Assembly (NCBI GenBank): GCA_001244265.2
Contig: CDLV01000005.1
Span: 496,001-560,000, forward strand
Source: Microbotryum violaceum
Lineage: Eukaryota
DNA length: 64,000 bases
Direction: 5' to 3'
Position numbers and translations under genes: made by a program. The notes beneath the pieces are model-generated. The model made no database searches. It had not been told where the DNA came from and worked only from the letters and a program-made list of their open reading frames with translations. Positions 36,612 through 48,764 of this stretch are shown in pieces (the first letter of the stretch is position 1; each line of letters opens with the position of its first letter).

Positions 36612-39021
36612 ATGTTCGGCGCGACCGCGCGTCCGATCTACTATTCTCCCGATGCGCAATCTGATCCCGAAAGCGAGGTGTCTTCGATGAGCACCGTCCA
36701 CGTCGGCGACGCGCCAGCATACCAACCCATTCCTCCCCGTCCGCCCACGCTAAACTATAAGTACGCCTCCAAAAGCCCTACGATACGACCCCCACACTGT
36801 TCAGATGCAGTGACCGCCATCGGCGCAGCGCGAGTCACCAAGTCACGCCCTGAACGGCACCCTCCCCCGGCAAGGCTACGCTTAAGCTTAGTTGCTCCAT
36901 AGTTAGTTAGTTAACTATGTGTAAAATCCCACCTTCCAGCCCTAACTATCAACTATGACCTAATAGTTAGTTAACTAACTATAGTTGGGATAGTTAACTA
37001 TGAAAAACTATCAGAATGGCCTCTAATAATGACGCACGGCCGAGCGTCGTTGAGACGTTGAGGGCTTACCCAACACAATCACCACATACGGCTCAGCAGT
37101 ATACAACAGTTGTGTGGTTGTATTGAGCCTATTGATCCTCTGGCTCTGCCACCGACTTGTGAGAGGTGCTCGATGCAATGCTCTCAAACTACCCTCTTAT
37201 GATAGTATAATAGTATAGTGTATATGAACTCGAGCGGTCTACTTACTCTTGAAACAACCGTTGATAACAGTAATCTGTCATTTGAACGAGCTTCTACATG
37301 ACAGACCTACACCTCATCATCACCATCCTCGCAGGTGAATTGTTCCTCTAGTTCCTGTGGCGCGCCTCTTGGCGGGCACGACCTTTGAGGGCTGCGCGCT
37401 GTATGACAATCTGACGATAGTTGTAGATATGCCAAATTGTGTATGTAGAGTTGGAGTCAGTGATGAGACCGGAAGGTGCGGCAGGACAACAAAATAAACT
37501 CACGAGTAAATATCATCGTAACTCGATCACTGCAATCAATTTTCTTACGAGCTGCGTCATTCTCAGCGACAGCGCCGGCCCAGCTGCCAACGCATATCTT
37601 GGAATTCAAGAGGGATCCGGAAGTGGTGTGTTGCAGTTGATTAATGGTACGGCGCCCAGCGGAAAAGGCGCGTTCCGCATCGTAGGCGGTCCAAGGCGTC
37701 GTCAAGAAATCGCCATCTCGGCCAATGCTCCTTGCCCTGTCAGTCCTCGGCGACCCCTATAGTTGCCATAGTTACAATAGTTAACTATGATATCCTCCGA
37801 GCCAGAACTAACTAACTATCAACTATGCCTCAATAGTTGGGATAGTTAGTTAACTATTTGCGGTGGCGTAGTTAGTTAACTAACTAAGCTTAAGCGTAGC
37901 CTTGCCTCCCCGGGACGACGTCACGCAGCACGACCTTTCTCCGCGCTTCCACGAATCAGCTGCATCCGTCACCTCGAGACCTTATTCCAGATACGACGCT
38001 TGCCCGCGTCCACTGGCGCCTCACGGATCTGACCTCGCCGGGCCACTTCAAGGAGCCTCCCCAGCGATCTCCCGCGAGCCTGGACCGATGGTCTCGATTC
38101 CAAAAGCCCCGGCCGCCGCCGTCGCCGCGTTACTCTGCGAAGTTCATGTGCCGAAAGGGACACCGCCGCCGCCGCTCAACAATATTGGCTATCGAACGTT
38201 CCGAAACATCAGATCGAGCTTGGTCCATTGCCCCTCGAGAATGGACCTCGTCTCATCGGGGGACACTCGAGATCATCTTCTTCGCAATCGTGCTCCACTG
38301 GTGTCGCATTGTTGAGGCGGCGCGAAAGTGACCCGCCTTCGAGCGCGGTCACCGACATTCAGGAGCTCTCGGCTTCCGCTCCCGAGCTCCCGCCCGACGA
38401 ACCGACGCATTTTATCTCCAAGCTTTCACACATCCTCGAATTGGCCGAGCATAGGGAGTCAGATGGAGTCGTGATGCAAGTTGTATTTCGCCGAATCGAC
38501 ATGGATTGTCGCCCCTGCATTGAACTAACTTGGACTCATTATGTTCAGTTGTTAGGGCAGGAGCATCATCCTCACATCGCATCATCTCAACTTGCTCAAG
38601 GCCTTGTCTCAATATTTCAAGTACACGACCATCACTTCCTTGATCCGTCAGCTGAGTGTGTGTCCTCGACACGATGAGTTCCTCAAGTTTTCCCGAGCTG
38701 ACATCTCCTCCCACCCCGCCACAGATCTACAGCTTCAAGCGCCTCACCACCACCCAGCTACTCGATGTACTCGACCTAACCCGGCCCACCAAACTCTCGG
38801 CCTCGGACTACTGCGGCTTCGCGCACCCTAAATTATTTCGACTGACTTTAGACCGAAGATGTTCCTTGGGGGATTTCAAACCGTTGTCGAAGCAACGGTC
38901 GCGCAAGTCGACGAGACGTCATAGTGCTGGGGACGAACCGGACCTTGGCACGATGAGACACGCCGTTCTGTCTCGAAATCAGAGCTCGATCGGGCATTTC
39001 GGTGATCTGGGCATGCGTTAG
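36612..39021 (+). pseudogene. HSF-type DNA-binding domain gene disrupted by a hAT insertion and apparently a further frameshift
   Basis: HFISKLSHIL, ALSQYFKYTTITSLIRQLS|IYSFKR and FAHPKLFR follow the HSF DNA-binding domain pattern. The N-terminal ORF is cut at 36870 by the element. Confidence 0.72.
36871..37904 (-). mobile_element. Non-autonomous, internally deleted hAT DNA transposon (~1.03 kb)
   Basis: Perfect 23-bp TIRs CAAGGCTACGCTTAAGCTTAGTT / AACTAAGCTTAAGCGTAGCCTTG; subterminal AACTA/TAGTT arrays at both ends; flanking CCTCCCC(C)GG duplication; minus-strand remnant 37579-37730 ALAEMA/DFLTTPWTAYDAERAFSAGRRTINQLQH...CVGSW matching the hAT C-terminal dimerisation domain. Confidence 0.92.
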
Positions 39022-39404
39022 GTCCAAGCGGATTTCATGAGAGGGACTTTCTCTCAGGCTTCATCATCCTTTTCTGGGCATGTAGTCCTGTCGCTGTGTG
39101 GGGTTGACATGGTCACGTATTTTCTACGTCTTTGTACCCTGTATTCATCCAGGACGTATACCTCTCTTCATGCCGTAACACAATCTCGCGAACAACATCG
39201 CACGGGACCTAATAGGGTTTCGCAGAGAGAGGAATCTCGATGTTACGACAATGCTGGAAGATACGGAAAGAAGAACACGGGTAGGTATGCGGTACGAGAG
39301 AGAAGAGAAACATCCAGAAATGGGGAGTTGAGCCCCTTGCGATAAAGAAACTCCCCGAAGGAAGAGAAAGAGAACCGAAAGGGAGGGAAAGGAAAGATGG
39401 CGAT

Positions 39405-42400
39405 CTACGACGCGTACTCATCAACGGTACCGCACTCGCAGACTAGGTTTCGGTCACCGTAGGAATCATCGACTCTCGAAACGGAAGGCCAGAACTTCCT
39501 CTGCCTCAAGCGCTTGTCGGGGTAAGCTGCCTCCTCGCGAGAGTACGGTCTGTTCCACTCGTTCGCCATGACCACTTGTTGCGTGTGGGGGGCGTTCTTG
39601 ATGATGTTGTTGTCGCGAGGTTGCTTGCCAGCGGCGATCTCGTCGGCCTCTTGGCGGATCTTAATCATGGCGTCGCAGAACATGTCTATGTCCCGAAGAC
39701 CCTCGGACTCGGTAGGCTCGATCAACATCGCAGTGTTTAGCGGCCACGAGCAAGTAGGGGGGTGGATACCAAAATCCTGTAGGGTTAATGAAGCGGTGCA
39801 TGTTAGCAGCTGCAAGTCATCGCGGAGAAAGAAGCACTGCATACCTGGAGACGCTTGGCAAAGTCCATGACCTTCAATCCAGCACTGTCGTCGAACTCGG
39901 CCAAGTCGATGATGAACTCGTGAGCGCACCGACCTTGCTCGTTGACGAACTTAACACGGTAGTAAGGCTCTAGGCGCTTCATGGCATAGTTGGCGTTGAG
40001 CAAAGCAACCTTGGTGGCATGAGTGAGACCGTCACCTCCCAACATCTTGATGTAAGCCCATGAGATGGACAAGATCGACGCCGATCCGAAGGGCGCAGCG
40101 GAGATGGGACCGATCGGCTCGGAGCCACCGGTCGGGATGACGGGGTGGGACGGGAGGTAAGGCGTGAGGTGTTCGGCGCAGCAGATGGGACCCATACCGG
40201 GTCCTCCTCCACCGTGAGGGATACCGAACGTCTTATGCAAGTTGAGATGGCACACATCACCACCAACGCGACCGGGCGAGGTGAGACCGATCATGGCGTT
40301 GAAGTTGGCACCGTCGAGGTAGACTTGACCGCCAGCCTCGTGGATGATCTTGCACGCCTCTTCAACACCGCTCTCGAACACACCGTAGGTCGAGGGGTAA
40401 GTGATCATGAAGGCGGAGAGGTTGTCACGATGCTCATCAGCCTTGAGCTTGAGATCCTCAAGGTCGAGGTAGCCGGTCGACAAAACCTTGACGGGCACGA
40501 CCTTCATACCAGACATAATTGCCGAAGCAGGGTTCGTTCCGTGAGCCGAGACAGGCACAAGGCAGATATCGCGGTGTTGGTCGCCTCGGGCGTGATGGTA
40601 CGCCCGGATGACGGACAGACCGGCGTACTCTCCTTGTGCACCAGAGTTGGGCTGGAGAGAGCACCCTGGCAAGCCAGTCATAGTCGAAAGATCTCGAGCG
40701 AGGTCTTCCATCATCTCGAGGTAGCCAATCGTCTGTTCCGGCGGGGCGAAGGGGTGCATCTTGCTGAACTCGGCCCAGGTCAAAGGGGTCATCGACGTGG
40801 TCGAGTTGAGCTTCATGGTGCACGAGCCCAACGGGATCATCGAGTGGACGAGCGAGAGATCCTTGTCCTGGAGGTGGTGCATGTAGCGCAAGATGTCGGT
40901 CTCGGAGTGGTACGAATTCCAAACGGATTGAGTCAAGAAAGGCGATGTTCGGGCAAGATCGGCAGGGATGGCGGGAGATTTGTGGGCCGGGATATTGTGT
41001 CCCGACGAAGCCTTGCCCTCTGCTGACGACATTCGGCCGGGGGCTTGGATGCCGAGCTTATCGGCGTAAGCGACAAGCGTCTCGAGCATGTAGGGGACGT
41101 CCTTGGTGCGACCGCGGACGCTGACAAACACATTCATCAAGTCGACGATGTCCTCGAGCGAGTTGCTCTCATCAAACGTGAGGGCGACGTGGTCAGAGTC
41201 GACGCGTCGCAAGTTGATGTGCTCGCGCTCGGCAGCTTCGTGGACCAACGAGGCAGCGACACCATTGAGTCGGATAGTGAGCGTGTCAAAGTAGGTTTCG
41301 TTCACGACGCTGTGACCGAGGGACTCGATTCCGGCAGCAACGACTCGCGTGATGCCATGAACTTTCTCGGCGATTTGGCGCAGACCCTCGGGGCCGTGGT
41401 AGACGGCGTACATGGCCGAGATGTTCGCAAGGAGAGCTTGGGCAGTGCAGATGTTACTCGTCGCCTTCTCGCGGCGAATGTGTTGCTCACGCGTCTGCAA
41501 CGCGAGTCGGTAGGCGGGACGGCCCTCGGCATCCTTGGACAGACCGATGAGACGACCGGGCATGCGGCGCTTGAGCGCATCGGTGCAAGCGAAGAAAGCG
41601 GCGTGGGGACCTCCGAAGCCCATGGGCACACCGAAACGAGCGCTGTTGCCGAAAACCATATCGCAACCCCATTCGCCGGGGGGCTTGAGCATCGTCAAGG
41701 CCAAAAAGTCGGTCGCGCAAGTGACGAGACCGCCGATCGTGTGGGTTCGGTCGGCGATGTCCTTCCAGTCCGCGACCTCACCACGCATATCGGGGTACTG
41801 CAACAAGATACCCATTACGTCCTTGGCGCGTGCCGGGTCCTCCTCGGCTTGCTGGAGCAGCTTGTTGACGTTGCCAACGCGAATCTTGATTCCGAAGGGC
41901 TCGGCGCGGGTCTTGACGACCGCGATGGTCTGGGGGTTAACACCTCGGTCGACGAGGAAGGTGCGGCGCTTCTCGCGCAATTGACCGAAAGCCATGATGA
42001 TGGCTTCAGCAGCTGCAGTGCCCTCATCGAGGAGGGAAGCGTTGGCAATATCCATCCCGGTGAGCGAAGTCGTCATGGTCTGAAAGTTAATGAGCGACTC
42101 CAAACGACCTGTAGCACAGGTTGCGCACGTTTTAGTGTAATTCAACAATTGTCCCGGTTCTAGTGCACCCTTGTGATATACCTTGAGAGATCTCGGCCTG
42201 ATAGGGAGAATACTGGGAGAACCATCCATGGTTCTCGCTACGAAGGGTACGAGTAGATCGCTACGGTGAGGAGCAGCTCTTGCAGGCATGTGAATACCGA
42301 GTTGCAACTCACAGAACATTTCTGAGAATGACAGGAGGCACAACCTGTGTAGAGAAAGCCGCCGAACTGGGTTTCAGCGTCGATTCTACCCGGTTGACTT

Positions 42401-43120
42401 TTGTTTCCTCCGGCGCCGCAGCAGACTCGATCTCCGGGAATCGCTCCTTCCGACGGGAAGCCGCCCGCCCCCGCCTATGATAAGAGCACACATCCGGGCT
42501 GGGGCACGATAACTCGGGGAATCCGCTCGCGTCGGGCGGCGAGGCGATAAGCTTTTCGAAAGGAGAATATTTTAAGAGTGACCTACAGCTTGGTGGTAGC
42601 CTAACCCAATGAAAGATCGGTGCACTCGATTCTTCTTGGCGAGCTCAGTCGCACGGCGCAAGAGTTCTTGCTCGCTGAGCGCGACGATCGCGCGACCTCC
42701 CGTCTCGGAAACTTCTTGATCGCTGATACGGATCGAAGAAGGGACGCAGTCGTTGATGAAGGCGTCCATCGACGTGTAGCCGAGCGTGTCGAGCATCTTC
42801 TCGATCGACGCCGGCTGTGGGCCGACATGTCGACGCGTGAACGTGTCGAGCGGTGCGAAGACGGAGCCCCGCGAGGCGACCGCGTTGACCTTGCGAGTAG
42901 GCGGCTTGGACGACGACTCGGTCGCCAATGTACGGTATGATCCTGCTGCTCGTACTTCGGATGCAGCGGATGCGGGGCTTAAGGGGCCGGAGCGGGCGGC
43001 CGAGTGCAGCCACGCCGTCGTCACAGCCGGTGATCGCCTCGAGGCACCACCCAGACCGGCGGTAGCGGCCATGCGGAGCGACTGGCCCGCCGTGAGGTTG
43101 CAGCGGTTCATCATCATCAT
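39405..43120 (-). CDS. GCV2: Glycine dehydrogenase (decarboxylating), glycine cleavage system P protein, mitochondrial
   Basis: Presequence-like N-terminus, FTRRHVGP, SFIGLGYH, YSPYQAEISQG|RLESL, NASLLDEGTAAAEA, QTREQHIRREKATSNICTAQAL, PLGSCTMKLN, PLP-lysine motif HLNLHKTF, KFWPSVSRVDDSYGDRNL. Confidence 0.98.
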
Positions 43121-43683
43121 TCTGCTTGACACGGACAACAACCCGTGCAACGTCGAAATAGGTGGCGGCGGGACAAGCAAAGTGGGTGGCGAGGTGCTCA
43201 AGAGCCAACCCCGTTGCGGGGCCAATCTCGAGTCTGGTCGATAGGTTTTTTCATGTTGCCTTTTGTTGACAAGAGAGAAGCCGGCGCCAGGCCAACAGGG
43301 GCACCGTCGATCCGACTCGAAGGCTTGAAGGCGAGCGAAGCGCGCGGCCGGCTGGGTCCGGAGGTCGCTCGACGCTCATCCGGTCTCGTTCGCAACTGGC
43401 TCAGTTGACAGTGTGAATGAGAGTACGTGCAATTGTAAATTAAACTTAGGATATAGAGGCACGCTAAGACAGGAACTATCGTAGAGATAAGGAACTATGT
43501 GATTGCCGACAGCGACTCAAGCGGGGCACAAGGGGGGCAAGGGGGGGGGAGCAAGACGGGAATAGAAAGAAGCCCACGGCTGGCGGATATTTTTTAACCA
43601 AAGCGAAGGAAAAAATATAAACAACACAATAACAAGATCGTCGGGATCAAGGGGACGGAGGAGCGGGTTGGCAGCGACGGCAT

Positions 43684-46282
43684 TTACGACGATGACGACG
43701 TCGACGCGTGATTCTCGGTCGGCTCAGCGAGGGCAGGAGGACCGCTCTTGACGCCATCCTTCTCGGCAACGGCGACGTTGTTGGTGTTACCGGCGTATGT
43801 AGGCAACGTCTCGGCTTTGCCTTGACCCGACTCCGACTCCGTAATAGCATGCTCGGCGCCGGCGTGGTCCAAGGGCGAGGTGACGTCAGAACCGACGGCC
43901 GGAGTGGTGGGTGCGGTTCGGATAGCTCGGGCCTCATCATCCTCCTCTTCGGCGCTCGATCCTCCAGACTCCTCTTCGTCCTCCTCTGGGTGGAGCGCGG
44001 CCGTAGGGACGGGCGTGGTCAAGTCTTGACCGCCCTCGACTGGCAGACCGACCTGAGCCACGGCGACGTCGACGGGTGTGACGAGGGCGAGCTTGGCCTT
44101 GGGAACCTGCGTTTTGGTCTCGCGCGTGAGCTGGTCCATCTCCTTCCACCATCCCATCATCTCGGCGTGAGTGCGAGCGCGGAACGTGTAGGCGATCTCC
44201 TTGCCGCCGAAGCGGAGCGAGTTTTTGACCTTAGACTCGAACGACGACTTGACGGCCTTGTTGCCCTCGACGTGGAACTTGTGCGACTTGTCGCTCTCGC
44301 CGCTGGGAGGGCCGAGAACGCACTCGGGCAAGAAGAGCGAGAAACCAGGAGCGGAGGCGTCGGACCTGCTGCTCGTCTTGCGCTCGTGCAAGTAGCCGGA
44401 AGGAGTGAGGATGTAGTACGACTCCGCGTAAGACTTGGTAAAGCGTTTCTTGCGCTCGAGGTGGCCTTCCTTGATCGATTGCGACGCGGCGTGGTCGAGA
44501 CCAGGGAAGACGATGGCGTCAACGCTGCGCGTTGGCGCGTTGACGTCGAGGAGGGCGCCCTCCTTGGCAGACCACTGACGGACGAGAAAAGACTTGGATA
44601 AGTAGTATGCTTCGAAAGACGCGTGCTATGGAGAATATTCCCATGGAGACCCACAAATTCGTATTCGGCCGTAGGAGAGACTTTTTGGAGCGACTCGCCA
44701 ATGGCATTGGTCAACTTGGCAAACTCGTCATCCTTTGTGGCCTTGGCCTCGTCGAACAGCTTGCAGGCGGATTGGATCGATTTGGCGATGCCCTCCTCGA
44801 ACGCGGGCTGTTGCTGCTGAAAGCGGATGAGAGCAGCTTGGAGGTCGTCTATTCAGGCCAATTCAGTCCGAATCAGCCAATGGTGGAAGCTAGAGGTATC
44901 GCACCGGTCCTACTTACTCTCTTTGTGGATCTGCTTCTTCAGTTGGGTCTGCACGAGCGAGTGCGTAAGGTAACTGCGGTGCGAGGAACAGGGGACGCTT
45001 GAGCAAACCTCGCAAAAACGTGAAGCTGTGTCCTTCATAACTCACGGGTCGTGTTGGGGCAACATGGGGGAGTCCGAGGACTCGTAGGTTTCGATCCCGG
45101 TTTGCAATTGAGTCAAAAGCTGGGTCGAGTTGGCGCGCTGTGGCATAAAACGTGAACAGGGTCAATTTCGAGACTCATAGCGCCACCGTGCTCGCAAAGT
45201 CAAAACAACGGCTAACCTCTTGCTCAACGTCATCGGCGAGGAGAGACGCCTCCTTCTCAAGGGCGGCGATGTGAGCCTTGATTTCGGCTCGGACGCCTTG
45301 AAGCTCCTTGACGACCGTCTTCTCGATGGTCTCGCCAAAGTTGGAGTGGGCCTCGGCTAGAACTTTGGTCTGGTCCCGGACCGAGTACAAGATCTCCTGC
45401 CATCCGCCTTCGCCGAGGAACTGGTGGCCTGTGATGGGAAACGGCGAGTGGAAAGGGTGTCAGAACAACTGAGGCTGGGAGTTGTGAGTATTACAGGATT
45501 GCTTCATTCTCCGAGCCCCCGCGGATCTCGAGGGACTACGGAAGGGCCTTGGGCTATGTGACGCTGGGGAGGGGGCGCCCAAGGGTGACAATCAATCTTG
45601 CCGGGAGATGATCGGTGTATCCCGCCACACATCACGCATGCGGTCAAAGAATCATTTTCAGGCAGCACACCCACCCTCATGGAAAGGAACTTGGATAGTC
45701 TCCTGGAGCGCAAGGGTCGCCTTCGCGGTGGTGTGCTGGATCGCGGCGAGGCCCTCGAAGTAGTGCAGCAGCGACTTGTCGACGTGCTTCCATTGCTGGC
45801 ATCGGTCGATCAAGGTGTGGTCAAGTCGGAGAGATCCTCCTATGAGTTCAGGAGATAAACGGGGTGTGGTCAATCTAGGTGTAATGGCTGGGAGCCTGGC
45901 GAACGAGCGCGCAGCATCGCCGCCTCGTCACTTCGATCGTCGTCACATCCACGACCGGGCCCGACCAGGGTCGTCGTCGGGTGGGGGGCGCTCAGTCGAA
46001 GCCCGAGAGGCGAGCGGCGACTAACCTTCTTTGGGGAGCTGGTGGCCATGGGTCGGCTTCTTGATGCCGACATGCTTGTTCTGCAGTAAGCGAGACATGA
46101 TGGATAGGGTGAGATGTTAATGTCGTTTGGATGGGAGGAAGGGGGAGGAGGGAAAGAAATGTGGCAGCCGGGCATGTGTTACGTCGACTTCGGCGGCCTC
46201 TTGCACTTACGTCATAGTTTGGGTAAGGTGGAAGGCGATGCTGCGGGCAAACTTCGCCGTGCGGAGGGTGCTCGGGGGTCAA
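43684..46282 (-). CDS. Slm1-like BAR/PH-domain protein (5' end uncertain)
   Basis: Helical exons (LIDRCQQWKH...YFEGLA; HQFLGEGGWQEI) followed by a PH domain (KEGHLERKKRFTKSYAESYYILTPSGYLHE...FRARTHAEMMGWW). Confidence 0.8.
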
Positions 46283-48764
46283 ACGGAGGCGCGTGGCTCA
46301 AAAGTCTAAGACGAAACTATGACAATAAACAGACAAGCGCGTCAGTTGCTTCTGCCAGGTCTGGACAAAATGACCAAAACATCCTCCCAGGCGCGGGTGT
46401 GCGCATGAGGCAACGGATTTAGGCTGTGGCGAGACCTACGAGTGATCGAGCCCACATGATGGTCCATCAAGTAATTAAAAGGAAGGTCGAGAGATGAACT
46501 GATAAACAACAGCAAAGGATGCAATACTCAGCGCAATGTTGAATGCTGAATGATTATGACGGTGATCGACCGAGGTCGAGTTCAAGTCGACTCGGGTCAC
46601 CGGGTGCCCCCCCCCCCTGTGTGACCGACCGCGGGCGAGAGGTGAACGTTGCACGAGCTGACTCAAACAGACTTAGAAACTCACTTCTTCCCAACTACGT
46701 TCAGAGTCCCGCACAGAGACGGATTGGAGCGTGGTCGATCTCGATGGGAAATGGGTCAAGCTCGATCTGGTACAGAGTAACGAACAGTTGGCTTTTCTGA
46801 CAACACCAGGGTTGCTGACTGACAAGGTGAGCGCCTAGTGAGCTCGAGGCGACCTCCTCTGTGCGACCGATCGACCGGTGCAAGGCTGCGAGCAGCAACA
46901 TCGCACGACGAGCCGACTCACTATCCTCGAGCAGTAGAGTGTACAAGTCAATTTGAAGTCAATCAACCTATAGCGGGGCTGTGAGAGGCCAGTGTGATCA
47001 TGTAGTAGTGGGGGGCTGCGGGCAGCATAAATCCGAGCGGCATCAGTGGAGCAGAGACGGCTCGAAGTACAGTGGGAGAATCGGTCCCACCCCATCGACA
47101 ACGACAAGCAAGAGCAAGAGCCGCGAACGAGAAGGAAAACGATCACGTTTCGGAAACATGCTGTCATAAACACAAACGCATTCATCCATATCCAAGGGGA
47201 AGCAAGTAGCGTTTGCCGGCCCAAAGTGCCGAGCCAGGGCCAAGGAGAAGAAATAAGATGAGAGAGAGGTGTGCGAGGTGTTGTCAACTTGTGTTTAACT
47301 GTGCAGATGAGTCATATCGAGGGCGCTACCACTTCCGATCTTCTCCACCTCTGCCGATGTTTGAGTGCGGCGCTGCGCTGATTGTGGACAGGGGACCGAC
47401 TGTGTACTGCACATCGAGGTCAAAGATCCATCCCTCGAGGGACCGAATGCCTCATCGATCAAGCTCGTTCATCTTTCAGCAAGTAGGGTAAGATCTGAGG
47501 TTCACCCCAGAGCTAATATCTCCGAAACAGATGCAGTGGCTGTGGCTTAATCAGCTTTGCTCGAGCTGGTATTAACCTCGCTTCCACCTCGAGTCGGTGC
47601 GAACCGAAGGTCGCGCGCGGGCGGTTGGATCCGAGCGTGCACTGCACGAGGTTGAATAGCTCTGCAATGTCATGCAAAGGTTGTTTAAATGAGCTAGAGA
47701 GCAATATATTTGGTCATGTACCCATATGCACTCATTTTCAGCGGTGACAGATGCCATACTCGTCTGCCAGCGACGGCGACTTGTTCCCGCTACTACCTGC
47801 CAGTCCGGACCACGCTTCTACGAAAGAGTCGACGGCGACTTCGCGATCTGGGCCGGTGTCGCAGTGAGTGGGGGTGGGGCTGCAAGAGTCAAGCTAGTCA
47901 AGGAGTTAAGTGTCGGCGTGTTTGCTGAGAATGAAGGGGAGGCTGGGTACCCCGTCGAATCGGTTCAGAGGATCGAAGATGTAGTAGTTTGGATGTTGGG
48001 CTTTGATGCTCTCTTGGGTCGATGACTCCAGTAACACGCCAAGCGCAGCCATCTGCAGCAGTATGCCTGGGGGAGACCTCCCCAAAGTGGCCATTACTCA
48101 TCTTGAAAGCGATTTTGGCGCGGGCGAAAACTGGGATAAAGCGCTCCTGCCATGCGTGCACGCCCGCTAGTCGTCCGACGCTTTAAAACATGTGAAATCC
48201 ACGTCAGGACTCGAGAGCCTGGACTCGAGTCGATCAGGCTGCTCACTACTGAGCACATTTCTCAATTGACAAAAACATTTAAAAAAAAAACTAAAGCCAA
48301 AAGAGTGCTCTTTTCGAAGTCTTCAACCCACACAAAATCACCTCATCAGCTCGAGTACTGGTGGTGACGGGACTGGCTGGCGCCTGAGCACTTCGGCGTG
48401 ATTGATTGATGATTTTTGGAATTCGATCAGCGCATGGCACCTGCCGCACGTATGCCACTCCTGTCGCATGTAATTTTTATGGCTCGACTCAAGACATATC
48501 CTGATAGCTGCTCGAGAGGGAACTGGAAGTACCCTTGAAAGTGTTCCAAAAGTACCCAAGAAGATCGGCGGTTCGTGAGCTTTTGCCGCGTCATAATGAA
48601 CGGAGGCCGAACCCCTCCCAGGAAACAGTTGTCGAGCCAACAACACTCCTACGCCCGAAAAGGGGCCTCGTCACAAATAAAAGAAGACTCCATCCAGGTT
48701 GCATCCCAACATTGCACAATATTTCAATCACACCACACACAAGGAAACACATACATGGTATAAG

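Noticed and set aside
36890..37010. Repeated TAGTT/AACTA units as a CRISPR-like or satellite array
   Set aside because: Irregular spacing, eukaryotic context, and mirrored at the other end of the hAT element, so they are subterminal repeats.
40145..42163. Long plus-strand ORFs (293 and 372 aa)
   Set aside because: Antisense to GCV2; expected from strong GC3 codon bias, no motifs.
42395..42460. Calling a true glycine riboswitch as a feature
   Set aside because: Only partial motif similarity; the conserved CUCUCAGG/CUUUCAGG strand is missing. Kept only as a speculative structured-intron finding.
46300..48700. Many short ORFs between the Slm1-like gene and THO2
   Set aside because: No recognisable motifs or consistent splice structure; treated as intergenic.
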